Assembly: GCA_030668875.1 (NCBI GenBank)
Contig: DAOVER010000016.1
Location: forward strand, 30,001-62,000
Direction of reading: 5' to 3'
Source of the DNA: Candidatus Heimdallarchaeota archaeon
Lineage (GTDB): Archaea > Asgardarchaeota > Heimdallarchaeia > Heimdallarchaeales > Heimdallarchaeaceae
Length of the DNA stretch: 32,000 nt
The number at the start of each line of letters is the position of its first letter. Position 1 is the first letter of the stretch. Under the pieces are notes generated by a model. The model saw only the letters and a program-made list of their open reading frames with translations, was not told where the DNA came from and did not search any database. Below are positions 1 to 10,166 of this stretch, piece after piece. The position numbers were made by a program, and so were the translations under genes.

Positions 1-232
1 CGATAATTTTTGCATCTGGAAATTTCTCCAAAATAACTTTCGTTGCTTGAATACCATCCTTTTCTGGCATAACAATATCCATTATCACTAGATTTGGAAG
101 TTCTTTAATGAACACCTTGATTGCTTCACAACCATTACCTGCTTCACATAATTCCAAATCCATTTGTTCCCTAAGCATTAATCCTAGAACCAATCTTATA
201 TCTTCATTATCATCAACAATCAAAATCTTCAT
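1..232 (-). CDS. Stand-alone CheY-like response regulator receiver (3' end beyond window; absent from ORF track)
   Basis: Manual translation from ATG at 232: MKILIVDDNEDIRLVLGLMLREQMDLELCEAGNGCEAIKVFIKELPNLVIMDIVMPEKDGIQATKVILEKFPDAKII. Contains the acidic pocket DD, NG, and the phospho-acceptor D-I-V-M-P..DG motif. Confidence 0.93.
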   Translation of the reverse strand, partial: MKILIVDDNEDIRLVLGLMLREQMDLELCEAGNGCEAIKVFIKELPNLVIMDIVMPEKDGIQATKVILEKFPDAKII

Positions 233-328
233 TTACATCACTATAAAGCTAGATAAATAATCCACTTCATTATTAAAATACTTTTTGTAGAAATTTAAGT
301 AAAGATATTCAATCGAATAATCCAATAA

Positions 329-1285
329 CTAGTATTTTCTAAGAAATTCTTTTATTGTTTCAGAGACTATCCATTCATGATCGATTTGCTTGAGAATCTT
401 TTCAACTTCTTCTAGCTGTTTAATTATGGGTTCAGTACTTTCGAGGGTATCTAGTTCTAAATAGGCCAGAATAACTGCTATAGGATTGCGTATAGAATCT
501 ATCAAGAATCCATACTGCTCAATATTTTTTTGTATTTGTTCAAGAGATTGCTTGATTTTCATCTGACTCATTTGAAGTTCTTCTGTCATTGAATTAACAC
601 CCTTCTGTAGAACACCTATCTCATCTTCTGAAATTGGTTCATCCACTCTAGCTCTCAAATTTCCATCTTGAACATCTTTTAATACACCAAGTAAATTCTT
701 CATTCTTTTTAGCGCTATAAGTCTAAATGAAAGAAGAAGAATAATGAAAGTAAGAACTAAGGCTATTACAGAGCCTATAATAAAAAGTATCGAAATGTTT
801 CTTTTCTCTATTACACTTTCCTGAGTTTCAATTTCCATGTAAACAAACCATTGAGGTGTATAACCATCAGGAAAATATATTCTTGAGACACTGATCAAAT
901 GCCCACTTCCTTTAATAATTAGATCATCAGAATTATTAACATTGAACCAATTTAGATCTATAAAGTCTATATCAGATATACTTTCACCTAGAAGACTGGA
1001 GTTCAATGAATAATAGATAATATGATTTATACCAACAACCATTCCATTAACAAGATTTTCCCCAACAAGTTCCCTCATCATTTGTTCATCACCTATAGCA
1101 TCATAATCTAATAGTCCTGCTCTCATCAGTTTTCCAGGTAATTGAAGTCGTTCTATACTTCTTCTATCTACTTCAGTAGAAAATTGATTAATATAAAATA
1201 CCCCCACAACTCCCAAAACAATGATTTCAGCGATGATTATAAGTATACCAATTTTAAATGTCAAACTCTTAAAGAATAGTTTCAT
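329..1285 (-). CDS. Membrane sensor: TM - extracellular domain - TM - HAMP - degenerate HisKA-like tail, no HATPase
   Basis: Two hydrophobic helices; HAMP signature (DGNLRARVDEPISEDEIGVLQKGVNSMTEEL); C-tail IDSIRNPIAVI...EWIVSETIKEFLRKY resembles His-less archaeal dimerisation tails. Confidence 0.8.
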   Translation of the reverse strand: MKLFFKSLTFKIGILIIIAEIIVLGVVGVFYINQFSTEVDRRSIERLQLPGKLMRAGLLDYDAIGDEQMMRELVGENLVNGMVVGINHIIYYSLNSSLLGESISDIDFIDLNWFNVNNSDDLIIKGSGHLISVSRIYFPDGYTPQWFVYMEIETQESVIEKRNISILFIIGSVIALVLTFIILLLSFRLIALKRMKNLLGVLKDVQDGNLRARVDEPISEDEIGVLQKGVNSMTEELQMSQMKIKQSLEQIQKNIEQYGFLIDSIRNPIAVILAYLELDTLESTEPIIKQLEEVEKILKQIDHEWIVSETIKEFLRKY

Positions 1286-1374
1286 TTGAATCGTCTCTTT
1301 ATAATTTTAGACAAACTAGATAAAAAGTGATTCCCTCTTTCATGATTCAGAAAGAGTAATTCTTTGAATTTAGT

Positions 1375-3471
1375 TTATCTAAATCTTCTAACTACATAGC
1401 ATATTAAGCTATCTTGAGGATTTTTTGAATTTTGGTTCACAACACCATTTGGTTGTTTATTGTTTCCATTCACTTTCGATATCTCTTGTGATTCATTCTG
1501 TTGTTCTATATAGTACTGACAAGGATTAGTAGGTCCTGGTGTGGCATAGGACCAAGATCTTGGCATTACTAGTGGGACGTTGTGGAAGTTTGTTTTTTTT
1601 ATGAAATATTCATCTGGGGGAGAACAGATGCCCATCGCATAGAACTCCTCCTCTGCGATTATAAGTATTTTATTCATTAGATATGCTATTTCTTCAGCAT
1701 TATTGCTAGCTACAATTTGGTTGTAGATCAGCATTTGTTCTTTTGCTGCTGAGGATGGTTCTTCTGCTCTAGTGTCACTGATATTCTTATACCAATAAGC
1801 CCACGGTATAGCAAAGTATGAATTGTATTTGTCAAATGGTATAAATGTACCTGCTTCCATTAATACATAATATCCTCCCTTAGAACCACATACAGTCGCA
1901 TCATGTTGGTTCAAAGAAGTGATTTTTTTATCTCTTTCACTGCGACTCAAATCCTCTACATTTACTATGATGTCCAGCTCATCCCAATATTCTAATAACA
2001 TTAGAGACCCGTTCAATGGATCGTAATCCCAGTGGGAGGTAACAGTTATTGTGAAATTGATACGATGTCCCTCAGGGGTGAGACGATATCCCTCCGTATC
2101 TCTCTCGTTATATCCTGCTGTATCCAATAGCTCATTTGCGTATGTGAGATTGAACTCTGTGTATTGAGTAGCCAAAAGATCCCTATAATATGGTGATTCT
2201 CTTCGTGGAGCTGGTTGCATAGGTTCTAGATTTAAGCCATAAACTTGCTCAATAATTTCTGTTCGATTAATTGCGTGGGATAGAGCTATACGGAATGTTT
2301 TGTTCGAGAAAACAGCTCTCAAAATTGGGTCTTTGTGTACAATATTAAGATAAATAGCTAAATCATTGGAATTTGTGTTAATCAATGTGTGAAGATTGTA
2401 CTCTCCATCTTCCATGTTTGCTACGTAATCATCATAATAAGGAAGAATCGAAAGTTCGTGTTGCATGTCGATTTGACCAGCAATTGCAGCAATTCTTAAT
2501 TCCTCTCTTGTTGAGTATATCGTAAAATTAACTCTATCAATATATGGTAGTTGATTATATTCTGTATCTATCTTCCAATAATATGGATTTCTTTCCAATA
2601 AAACATAAGATGAGTTCGTGTTGTAGTGATTAGTTAAGATCCAAGGATTCACAGTTGGCATGTCAGGATTATTCCATTCAGAATACTTCATTTTCCACAA
2701 TTTAACCCAGTCCTCAACACCAGCTTCTTCAATCAACTCATCAATTTCTGGATTGTAATCAGGATGAAACTGCTTCATATAATGCATCGGTCTGTTTGTA
2801 ATCCAATCTCCTACCATTTCCGCAAGACGGAGTGGAAATAGACCATATGGTTCAGAGAATCTGAAAATTACAGTGGAATTATCGACTTTTTCAACAATAA
2901 CCGGAATGCCATTTTGAGTATACTTAGAACTATAGGAAGAATGCAGTTCTGTATTTAGAAAATCTGCTTCATACCAGAAGATAATATCATTTGAAGTGAA
3001 AGGAACACCATCTGACCATCTTAACCCCTTACGTAAATGAAAAGTAAATTCGCGTGAATCTTCACTAACATCATAAGACTGAGCTAAATTCGGGAGAATT
3101 CGGGACCATTCAGGATTCCATCGCAATAGGTTTTCATATTGTGTTGTGGTTCGTAAGAGTCCAGATCCAACCCCAACCACCCCCATATGCCATGTTCCAC
3201 CATAGATTCCTACTTTATCGTGCGGCTGAACAACCATTGGATTAACTGGAAGTCTTTCTTCAACAGGTGGAAGTAATCCTGCATCTACAAGTTCCTCAAG
3301 CATCGGTGCTTCTTGGTAAACGTCCTCGACAGGTCCTGGTGGAGTACCGGGACCACCAGCGATATAATACCAGATGAGAAAACCCGAAAGACTTCCTCCA
3401 ATAATAACTATTCCTCCAATAACTGCCCAAATTTTTGTATTCCTAGATGAAAATATCAAAATTTTCATCAC
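1375..3471 (-). CDS. ABC-type solute-binding protein, family 5 (peptide/oligosaccharide), N-terminal membrane anchor
   Basis: EAPML..LV..G.LPPVEERLP..P, GIYGGTW, LAQSYDVSEDSREFTFHLRKGLRWSDGVPFTSNDI, RNPYYWKID..NQLPYID, FRIALSHAINR. Start could be GTG 3471 or ATG 3468. Confidence 0.9.
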   Translation of the reverse strand: MMKILIFSSRNTKIWAVIGGIVIIGGSLSGFLIWYYIAGGPGTPPGPVEDVYQEAPMLEELVDAGLLPPVEERLPVNPMVVQPHDKVGIYGGTWHMGVVGVGSGLLRTTTQYENLLRWNPEWSRILPNLAQSYDVSEDSREFTFHLRKGLRWSDGVPFTSNDIIFWYEADFLNTELHSSYSSKYTQNGIPVIVEKVDNSTVIFRFSEPYGLFPLRLAEMVGDWITNRPMHYMKQFHPDYNPEIDELIEEAGVEDWVKLWKMKYSEWNNPDMPTVNPWILTNHYNTNSSYVLLERNPYYWKIDTEYNQLPYIDRVNFTIYSTREELRIAAIAGQIDMQHELSILPYYDDYVANMEDGEYNLHTLINTNSNDLAIYLNIVHKDPILRAVFSNKTFRIALSHAINRTEIIEQVYGLNLEPMQPAPRRESPYYRDLLATQYTEFNLTYANELLDTAGYNERDTEGYRLTPEGHRINFTITVTSHWDYDPLNGSLMLLEYWDELDIIVNVEDLSRSERDKKITSLNQHDATVCGSKGGYYVLMEAGTFIPFDKYNSYFAIPWAYWYKNISDTRAEEPSSAAKEQMLIYNQIVASNNAEEIAYLMNKILIIAEEEFYAMGICSPPDEYFIKKTNFHNVPLVMPRSWSYATPGPTNPCQYYIEQQNESQEISKVNGNNKQPNGVVNQNSKNPQDSLICYVVRRFR

Positions 3472-3603
3472 CTCTTAATTCTGATTTGAACCCAAATTGA
3501 ACTAAATCGTCCAAAATTTAATTTATGAAACTTCAGCACTGACTAATTTAATCCAGTTTGAAATAATATAATATCTTACACTAAGTGATTATATCTTTTA
3601 AAA

Positions 3604-3948
3604 TTATCGCAATTCTTGTACAATTATTTCAATTAATTCCTTTTTTCTGAAGGGTTTTATAATAACTTGTTTTGCTCCAACTTGTAAAATATCATTTGCT
3701 TTTAAAGAATATGCTGTAATCGCTATTATTGTAGCTTTAGGTTCAAATTCGATGATTTCTTTTGTAGCTTCTATCCCATCTTTTATTGGCATTAAAATAT
3801 CCATCAGAACTAAATCAGGTTTGTGTTTCTTATAGAAAGTTACTGCTTCTTGTCCATTTTCTGCTTGTATTACTGTAAATTCTGATAACATGATACTATA
3901 TAGCAATCTTAATTCATCATTATCATCGACTAATAGTATTATTGCCAT
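3604..3948 (-). CDS. Stand-alone CheY-like response regulator receiver
   Basis: ILLVDDN, AENGQEA, PDLVLMDILMPIKDG, IIAITAY, IIKPF motifs. Confidence 0.93.
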   Translation of the reverse strand: MAIILLVDDNDELRLLYSIMLSEFTVIQAENGQEAVTFYKKHKPDLVLMDILMPIKDGIEATKEIIEFEPKATIIAITAYSLKANDILQVGAKQVIIKPFRKKELIEIIVQELR

Positions 3949-4182
3949 TTGAACCAGTAAAACCCCTATAATGTGACAATATACTATCCATCAATATATG
4001 TGTTTTGTTTACTTAATGGCCTTTCTGATAGGTTGTGAATGATTTCCATTTTTATCCATTTTCTTTTCATTCTTATAAAACTGAAAATGATATAGTAAAT
4101 TAAGATAAAATATTTTATTGATAGATCATGATGTGCCCCTGGCACTTCTAAAGAATTTGTACAGAATTCATATCATGGAGAT

Positions 4183-5688
4183 TTAATCATTAACTGGAAT
4201 AGTCCCTTTTGGGTCATTGTCTTTTATAGTTACTTCTCCACTATACCTTTCCAAAGTTTTTTTTACTATATAGAGTCCTAGGCCTGAACCAGCAGTTTTT
4301 CCGTATTTGAATCCTTGTCGAAATAACTTCTTTTTGTATTTTTCAGGGATACCTTTTCCATTGTCGGCTACTTCAATCATGCAATAATTATCACAAGGAT
4401 CGATAGAAACTATAATTTCATCTGCTTTTCCATGTTTAATTGCATTTCCGATTAAATTATCCATAACAGAGAATATAGCATTATTTGCAATAATTATTCC
4501 ATTGCCTTCAATTTTAAATGAAACTGAAGCAGTTGGGTAACCTATAATAACTTTTTCAACTATTTTCCTAACATCAATTTCTTCTAATTCCTTTTCTTCA
4601 ACAAGTAATCCTTCAAGGTCTTGCATTTTCTGAATAAGGTCAAAACTTTTGTCAACAGCATATTTAGTCATTTCGAGAAATGCATCATCTCTAATATCAA
4701 GGAATGCACCAAGAGAACCCTCGATTATAGAAATATTATTACCTAAATCATGACGAAGAATATCGTTAATTATCTTAAGAGATTCATTAAGTTCTTCAAT
4801 ACGTTTTCTAGCTTGTAGTTGTTCAGTGACATCCTCAATTGTTCCAATAAAATAACGAGGTTTACCTTCAACATCGAAAACTTCCCAAACAGTTAAATGA
4901 ACAGGAATAAATGATCCATCCTGTTTAATATATCTTTTTTCAACTACAGCTACAGGAAGTTCTTTGTTAATCACTTTTTGGACAGTTTCATTATTTATTT
5001 CTTTATCATCTGGATGAGTAAGGTTTCTTAACTTTCTCTCTTTTAATTCATCATAAGAATAGCCTAACATTTGAATAAGCGCTGGATTACACCTCAATAG
5101 ATTTCCTTCCGTATCTTCAAGGGCAACACCAATAGGAGAATTATCAATAATAGAACTTAGTAGTTCTTCATTTTGCTGAAGAGCTGCTTCTGCTTCTTTT
5201 CTTTTAGTAATGTCTGAAATAATTAGTAGTAAAAGATTATCATTCCTAGAAATAAAAGGAACTATGTAGTAATCTAACCAAGCTTGCTTGCCAAAAGATG
5301 TTAAAAACACAGTGTCCAATTTTCTGATCTCATTAGAAGATAATGCTTCTTCAGCAGCTTGAAGAAGACCATGTTTTTTCCAAGACCCAATTTTTCTGAA
5401 ATTCTGTTCTAAGAGTTCATCAACACTAGCACCAACTATATCTGCATGAGCTTCATTTGTAGAAACGCATTTACCTGAAGAATCATAGGTTGCGATTCCA
5501 ATAGGTAAATTTTTGATAATTGAACTTAAGAATGCCTCATTTTGTTGAAGTTCGCTTTCTACTTTCTTCTGTTCTATAGCCAAAGCGTAAACAACTGCAA
5601 ATTTTTCTATTATCTGAATATCCCTATCAGTGTAGTTGCGATCGGAATTAACTAATGTAATCTGACCAATAAGTTTGTTACTTATCAA
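4183..5688 (-). CDS. (GAF)-PAS-PAS sensor histidine kinase; appears 5'-truncated and 3'-frameshifted
   Basis: H-box DILRHDLGN, N-box NLIGNAIKHG, G boxes ADNGKGI and GSGLGLYIV; two PAS repeats. GAF-like sequence continues in frame upstream to about 5840 without a start codon. Confidence 0.85.
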   Translation of the reverse strand: MISNKLIGQITLVNSDRNYTDRDIQIIEKFAVVYALAIEQKKVESELQQNEAFLSSIIKNLPIGIATYDSSGKCVSTNEAHADIVGASVDELLEQNFRKIGSWKKHGLLQAAEEALSSNEIRKLDTVFLTSFGKQAWLDYYIVPFISRNDNLLLLIISDITKRKEAEAALQQNEELLSSIIDNSPIGVALEDTEGNLLRCNPALIQMLGYSYDELKERKLRNLTHPDDKEINNETVQKVINKELPVAVVEKRYIKQDGSFIPVHLTVWEVFDVEGKPRYFIGTIEDVTEQLQARKRIEELNESLKIINDILRHDLGNNISIIEGSLGAFLDIRDDAFLEMTKYAVDKSFDLIQKMQDLEGLLVEEKELEEIDVRKIVEKVIIGYPTASVSFKIEGNGIIIANNAIFSVMDNLIGNAIKHGKADEIIVSIDPCDNYCMIEVADNGKGIPEKYKKKLFRQGFKYGKTAGSGLGLYIVKKTLERYSGEVTIKDNDPKGTIPVND

Positions 5689-6013
5689 GGCAGGTACAGA
5701 TAGAAAACGTTTGATTTGAATGTGACCTTTTAGAGTACTAACAGATGCTTGATGTTCTGTAGGCTCATTAGTTACTAATGATTTTTTATTCTTTAGAACC
5801 CAGCCCCATAGACCACCAAATTTCTCATAGACTATTGCTTTAATAAAAAAATATGAACATGATAGATAAGGGTTATGAATTCCTCTACTAATTCGTGATT
5901 AGAACTCCCTAACCACACAAATTATCAGGTAATGGTGCAATTTGTTCTTCTGATTCAGTTCTTTGTTTGAACTCCGGAATAAATTCTTTTAACTAAAGTA
6001 TATAGGAATTTAC

Positions 6014-7435
6014 TCACATAATTTTTTGAGATTTTTCTCCCCAATTAACCAATCTTCTTTCCCCTTCTAGTTTACGTATAGAGGTAACATCTTGCATGAC
6101 TTCTAATGTTCCTCTGTAAGTACCAGAACTATCTCTAATCGCAAAGTAGCGTATGTGTACAAATTTTTCTCCCATATTTATCCAGAACCCTGCAACATCT
6201 TTTTGATCAGTTTTGAAAGCTTCAATAATTTCCATAACTTTGTCAAGACTTTTTGGTGGGTGGCATCTTTGGACTTTTCTACCAATAACACCTGGACTGC
6301 GGGGAAATATTCGTTCTTTAGTATCTGAGTAGTATATTACTTCCTCATTCTCATTAATGAAAGATACTTCAACTGGAAGATTAGTCATAATCAAATTGAT
6401 TTGCTCTAGAGTAAGTTTACCAGTTTGTACATCCAAGATATCTTCAAGCTGAGGTTTTTCTTCTACTTGATGAATTACTTCTGGAGTGACAGGTTTCCAT
6501 TCGTCTCCTGGGGTGACCCACGCAAAGCCTATCTCTTCCTCACCTTTTTTCACCCTTTGCCAATCTTGACTGGTCAACAGTTCTAAACTTGTTGGGAAGA
6601 GTATTGTTTCTTCTTTAAATATCATATCTTCTACTTGTTTAGTAAATTCTTCAACATCAATTTCGCTTCCTTGACGAATCAATTCTCGAACTTCATCATG
6701 TTTTGCCCACATTACTTGAGTTGGTCCTTCGAATTCCTTTTTCTCCAACATGGGAAACAGCTGATTTTCCAGTCTAGTATAGTGAAGCTCAATATCGGCT
6801 AGTTTTTGAACTAATTCTGGAGTTGGATTTTCTCTAATGCTTTTAATTAACTCTTCAGCAGCACGATTTTCTTCCATATAGGTATGTATTGGGTGACCTG
6901 GAGTTTCTTGAGGTGTCTGTTTTTTTTCCAATGTATCTTCAAAGATTCCTACATGTAAATCGCATAACAATGTGATTTGTTCAACAGTTAGCTCTCCAGA
7001 ATTGATCAATTCTTGTTCCATTGAAGCTATGTCTGTAGCTTCTACATCCCCTAGTATTTCTTTGAACCGAACTTTCAATGCAGATTTTTCCCCTCCTGCA
7101 TGAAGCTCTAGCACAAGAGCTTTAAGCATTTCACGCTTTCTTACTTGTTCATCTTCAAAACCACTTATACCTGTTGAACCAATTTGTATGTCCACTTTGG
7201 TTTCTGTTTGTTGTTCAATTTTGATTGAGAAAAAATCTACTATAGATTTAAGATCTTGATGAATGAGGTTTGCAACATCAGTCATTGTAGCTTTTCTACC
7301 CACAGTTTTACGAAGGATAGGGTTTTGAAAGCGTTTTAGAGTAGGATCTAATTCCGCTAATAGTTCCTCTAGAAAGGGAAATTTATCAATTAGATCTATA
7401 ATTTTTGTTGCTTCAGATATAATATAGTTTGACAC
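6014..7435 (-). CDS. DUF438-type protein (DUF1858 - DUF438 - hemerythrin-like - PAS_10)
   Basis: LCDLHV..F, TPGHPIHTYMEEN, HY.R.ENQLFP.LE, VMWAKHDE.R, MIFKEE.ILFP, RSPGVIGRKVQRCHPPKS, Y.GTLEV.QD. Confidence 0.88.
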   Translation of the reverse strand: MSNYIISEATKIIDLIDKFPFLEELLAELDPTLKRFQNPILRKTVGRKATMTDVANLIHQDLKSIVDFFSIKIEQQTETKVDIQIGSTGISGFEDEQVRKREMLKALVLELHAGGEKSALKVRFKEILGDVEATDIASMEQELINSGELTVEQITLLCDLHVGIFEDTLEKKQTPQETPGHPIHTYMEENRAAEELIKSIRENPTPELVQKLADIELHYTRLENQLFPMLEKKEFEGPTQVMWAKHDEVRELIRQGSEIDVEEFTKQVEDMIFKEETILFPTSLELLTSQDWQRVKKGEEEIGFAWVTPGDEWKPVTPEVIHQVEEKPQLEDILDVQTGKLTLEQINLIMTNLPVEVSFINENEEVIYYSDTKERIFPRSPGVIGRKVQRCHPPKSLDKVMEIIEAFKTDQKDVAGFWINMGEKFVHIRYFAIRDSSGTYRGTLEVMQDVTSIRKLEGERRLVNWGEKSQKIM

Positions 7436-7646
7436 AGTAAATCACTCTTGACATTTTGCGAACCATCAAATAAAAAACATATGGTTTGGTCAAAAATTTT
7501 CTGCAACTTATTAATTTCTTAGAAATACCATGATACTGATGACAAAGTAGTATGTCTGATAGAAACTGACTATGTAGCTTTCTACCAAATAATTATTCTT
7601 AAGTAAATAACACAAATTAATATACGACTTATTTTTTCTATTTTTA

Positions 7647-8501
7647 ATGAATAATAAAAATGTCATTGTTACTGGAGCTAATGCAGGAATTGGGAAAGAA
7701 ACTGCCTTTAGGTTAGCTGAAATGGGAGCTCATGTTATACTAGTCTGTAGAAACGAGAGAAAGGGTATCAAAGTTCTGGAAGAGATAAAAGAGAAAACAA
7801 GTAATGAAAATCTAGATTTGATGATCTGCGATTTTGCTTCTTTGAAGTCAATTAATGATTTTGTGAAGAGTTTTAAGAAGAAATACAAGCAGCTTGATGT
7901 TCTAATCAATAACCATGGAGCTTTCTCAATAAGAAAGGCATTAACAGAAGATGGTGTTGAAACAACTTTTGCTGTTAATCATATTGGATATTTCAGCTTA
8001 ACTTTACAACTACTAGATTTACTCAAAGCAAGTTCATACTCCAGAATAGTTAATGTGGCTTCAAGCTCAAATTATAGTGTGAAATCATTAAACATTAATG
8101 ATTATAATTGGGAGAAAAGAAGATATAAGATGATGGATGCTTATGCAGAATCAAAGATATAAAACATTATGTTCACTTTTCTGTTATCTGAAAAATTGAA
8201 GGGAACGAGAGTAACTGCAAACTGTCTTCATCCAGGTTATGTAAAAACTAATGTTGGACTGAACCATTTTCTGCTTAGGTTAATTGCACCATTAGTTAAA
8301 GTGGGAGCTATATCTACTGAAGAAGGAGCTAAAACTTCGTTATACTTGGCAACATCAGAAGAGGTTGAAGGAGTAACAGGAGTATATTATCACAGAATGA
8401 AACTAAGAGAACCAAATATACTAGCACTAGATAAGAAAGCTCAACAAGAGTTATGGGACATGAGTTTGAAACTTACGGAACTTTCCTCAAATTTAATTTG
8501 A
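7647..8501 (+). pseudogene. Short-chain dehydrogenase/reductase (RDH-like) copy 1, split by in-frame TAA at 8160-8162
   Basis: ORFs 7647-8162 and 8169-8501 are in one frame (tca aag ata TAA aac att atg) and align end to end with the intact paralog at 11352-12206, which has tac (Tyr) at the stop position. Confidence 0.85.
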
Positions 8502-8637
8502 TATTTTATCATTTTGATCTGAAACACGCTTCAATTAACATTTGTTAAGATAATATTTTACTATTTTAGGTGGATTTTGATTCCATAGTTATTTATAACC
8601 ATACGATAAAATAATCTTTGATGCAAAGGGTGTTTAG

Positions 8638-9900
8638 ATGAAAATAAACAAAAAAAGTTTATTCACGATAGGAATACTGGTTTTCTTTAGTTTTTCAATT
8701 ATCTCACCAGTATTTTGTAAAGCTACAGCAGCTCATGATGTGATATGGGATTTAGAGCAGGATAATTATCTTCTAAAAAACTTCTATGTTGATGAAGATG
8801 ATAATTTCTATTTCTCTTACAAAAATACAGATGAAAATCAGTTCTATTTTACTAAAATTTCAGATGAAGGAGTAAATTATTATACAAAAAATCTTGATTC
8901 AGAACCTTCTTTCTATAGCTATTTTGTCGATGATTCAATTAGTTACTTTTTTGTTTCTATCGATAAACAAATATTTCCTGGAGATAATGTATTAGGAAGA
9001 GAATTTACAATTGTCAAATATACAAATGAGTTGATTTTAGATTCCATATTTCACATAAATCTCTCAAGTTATTTCGAAGGTAATTTGGTAGGAAATCTTC
9101 GATATGTAGATAGTGATTGCGTTTATATCGATATAAGGGAGTATCAAACAGAGCTTACTGATTTAGATAGTCTTCAATTAGCCAAATTCAATACTCAAGG
9201 TGAGCGGTTATGGAATAGAACGATTGCACTTAATCCCGATAGAAAATTCTTTAGCTTTTGCAAAAACAATCTAGAAAATGTTTATGTAGAGCATGAAGGA
9301 GTTCTCTATTACTTCAATGGTGAAGATGGATCGGAACTTTGGAAGAAAGAAATCATATTAGATGATCCTGGTTTAATTGCGTTTGAAGAAAATGTTCTGA
9401 TGGTAAAGTATACACAAGATGGAAATTTAGCTCTATATCTTGTCAATGTTAATCAAAATATTGAATGGGAGTATATTATTCAAAAAACCATGACAGATAG
9501 CTATTTTGAAATTCAAAATGTTTACATAAAAGACTTATCTATCGGTGTTTCACTTAAAGAATTAAAATTTGATAGTGCAAAAGAAACAATGACAAATATA
9601 TTTCATTTAAAGATTCTAAATGCAACAAAAGATGTTCTTTATGAAGAAAAAATTGAGAGAATGGATAACGTTGAGACTCATGCTGATATATTTAGGAATA
9701 TCAAAATATATCCTACATCGGATGGAAATTTTTATCTTTACGAATTAATGAAAGATAGAGTTAATGATTTCGCAAAAAATACTATTCAGTACTGTATACC
9801 AAGAGCTAATTTTAGTTCAGGGTTCACGATATTTGCTTCGCTCACAAGTGTCAGTATTCTAGTTCTATTGGTTATCTACAGACGAAGAACATCAAAGTAA
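8638..9900 (+). CDS. Secreted, C-terminally anchored surface protein, probable beta-propeller-like fold (paralog of 12306-13607)
   Basis: Signal peptide, beta-rich body with LWNRTI/ELWKKE repeats, C-terminal SGFT-hydrophobic helix-RRRTSK tail. Confidence 0.7.
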   Translation: MKINKKSLFTIGILVFFSFSIISPVFCKATAAHDVIWDLEQDNYLLKNFYVDEDDNFYFSYKNTDENQFYFTKISDEGVNYYTKNLDSEPSFYSYFVDDSISYFFVSIDKQIFPGDNVLGREFTIVKYTNELILDSIFHINLSSYFEGNLVGNLRYVDSDCVYIDIREYQTELTDLDSLQLAKFNTQGERLWNRTIALNPDRKFFSFCKNNLENVYVEHEGVLYYFNGEDGSELWKKEIILDDPGLIAFEENVLMVKYTQDGNLALYLVNVNQNIEWEYIIQKTMTDSYFEIQNVYIKDLSIGVSLKELKFDSAKETMTNIFHLKILNATKDVLYEEKIERMDNVETHADIFRNIKIYPTSDGNFYLYELMKDRVNDFAKNTIQYCIPRANFSSGFTIFASLTSVSILVLLVIYRRRTSK

Positions 9901-10103
9901 CTCCTCTTCCTTCTTTGCTTTTATTTTATTATTTCTATAGCTAATCCAGTGAATTTCGTCCCCTAGTAAATCTGATATGATTTTTGAGGATTTGACTCCT
10001 TTGGAGAGATTCTGCATTTTAACTAGAACCCATTCGAATGAGTCTTTCATCTTGATTTGTATAAATAATCTCACCGCTAACTCATAGAATAGTAATATGT
10101 AAG
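9892..10103 (-). pseudogene. 3' remnant of the membrane acyltransferase-like gene intact at 13600-15018
   Basis: YILLFYELAVRLFIQIKMKDSFEWVLVK...SDLLGDEIHWISY matches the C-terminus of 13600-15018; no 5' part present; small indel near the stop. Confidence 0.88.
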
Positions 10104-10166
10104 TTCGAAGAAAATAAGTTTGTTAAATCTGTTGGAAATATATTTATTCTCTCTATTATATATTCA

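Larger units (their letters stand above)
7647..10103 (+). repeat. Diverged tandem duplication, copy 1 (SDR - surface protein - 3' end of opposite-strand membrane gene)
   Basis: Gene order and sequence match 11352-13811; homology ends after taatatgtaag at about 10103. Confidence 0.85.

Noticed and set aside
7461-7486. aaccat-N14-atggtt inverted repeat in the divergent promoter region
   Set aside because: Only 6-bp arms, and no second copy or nearby regulator.
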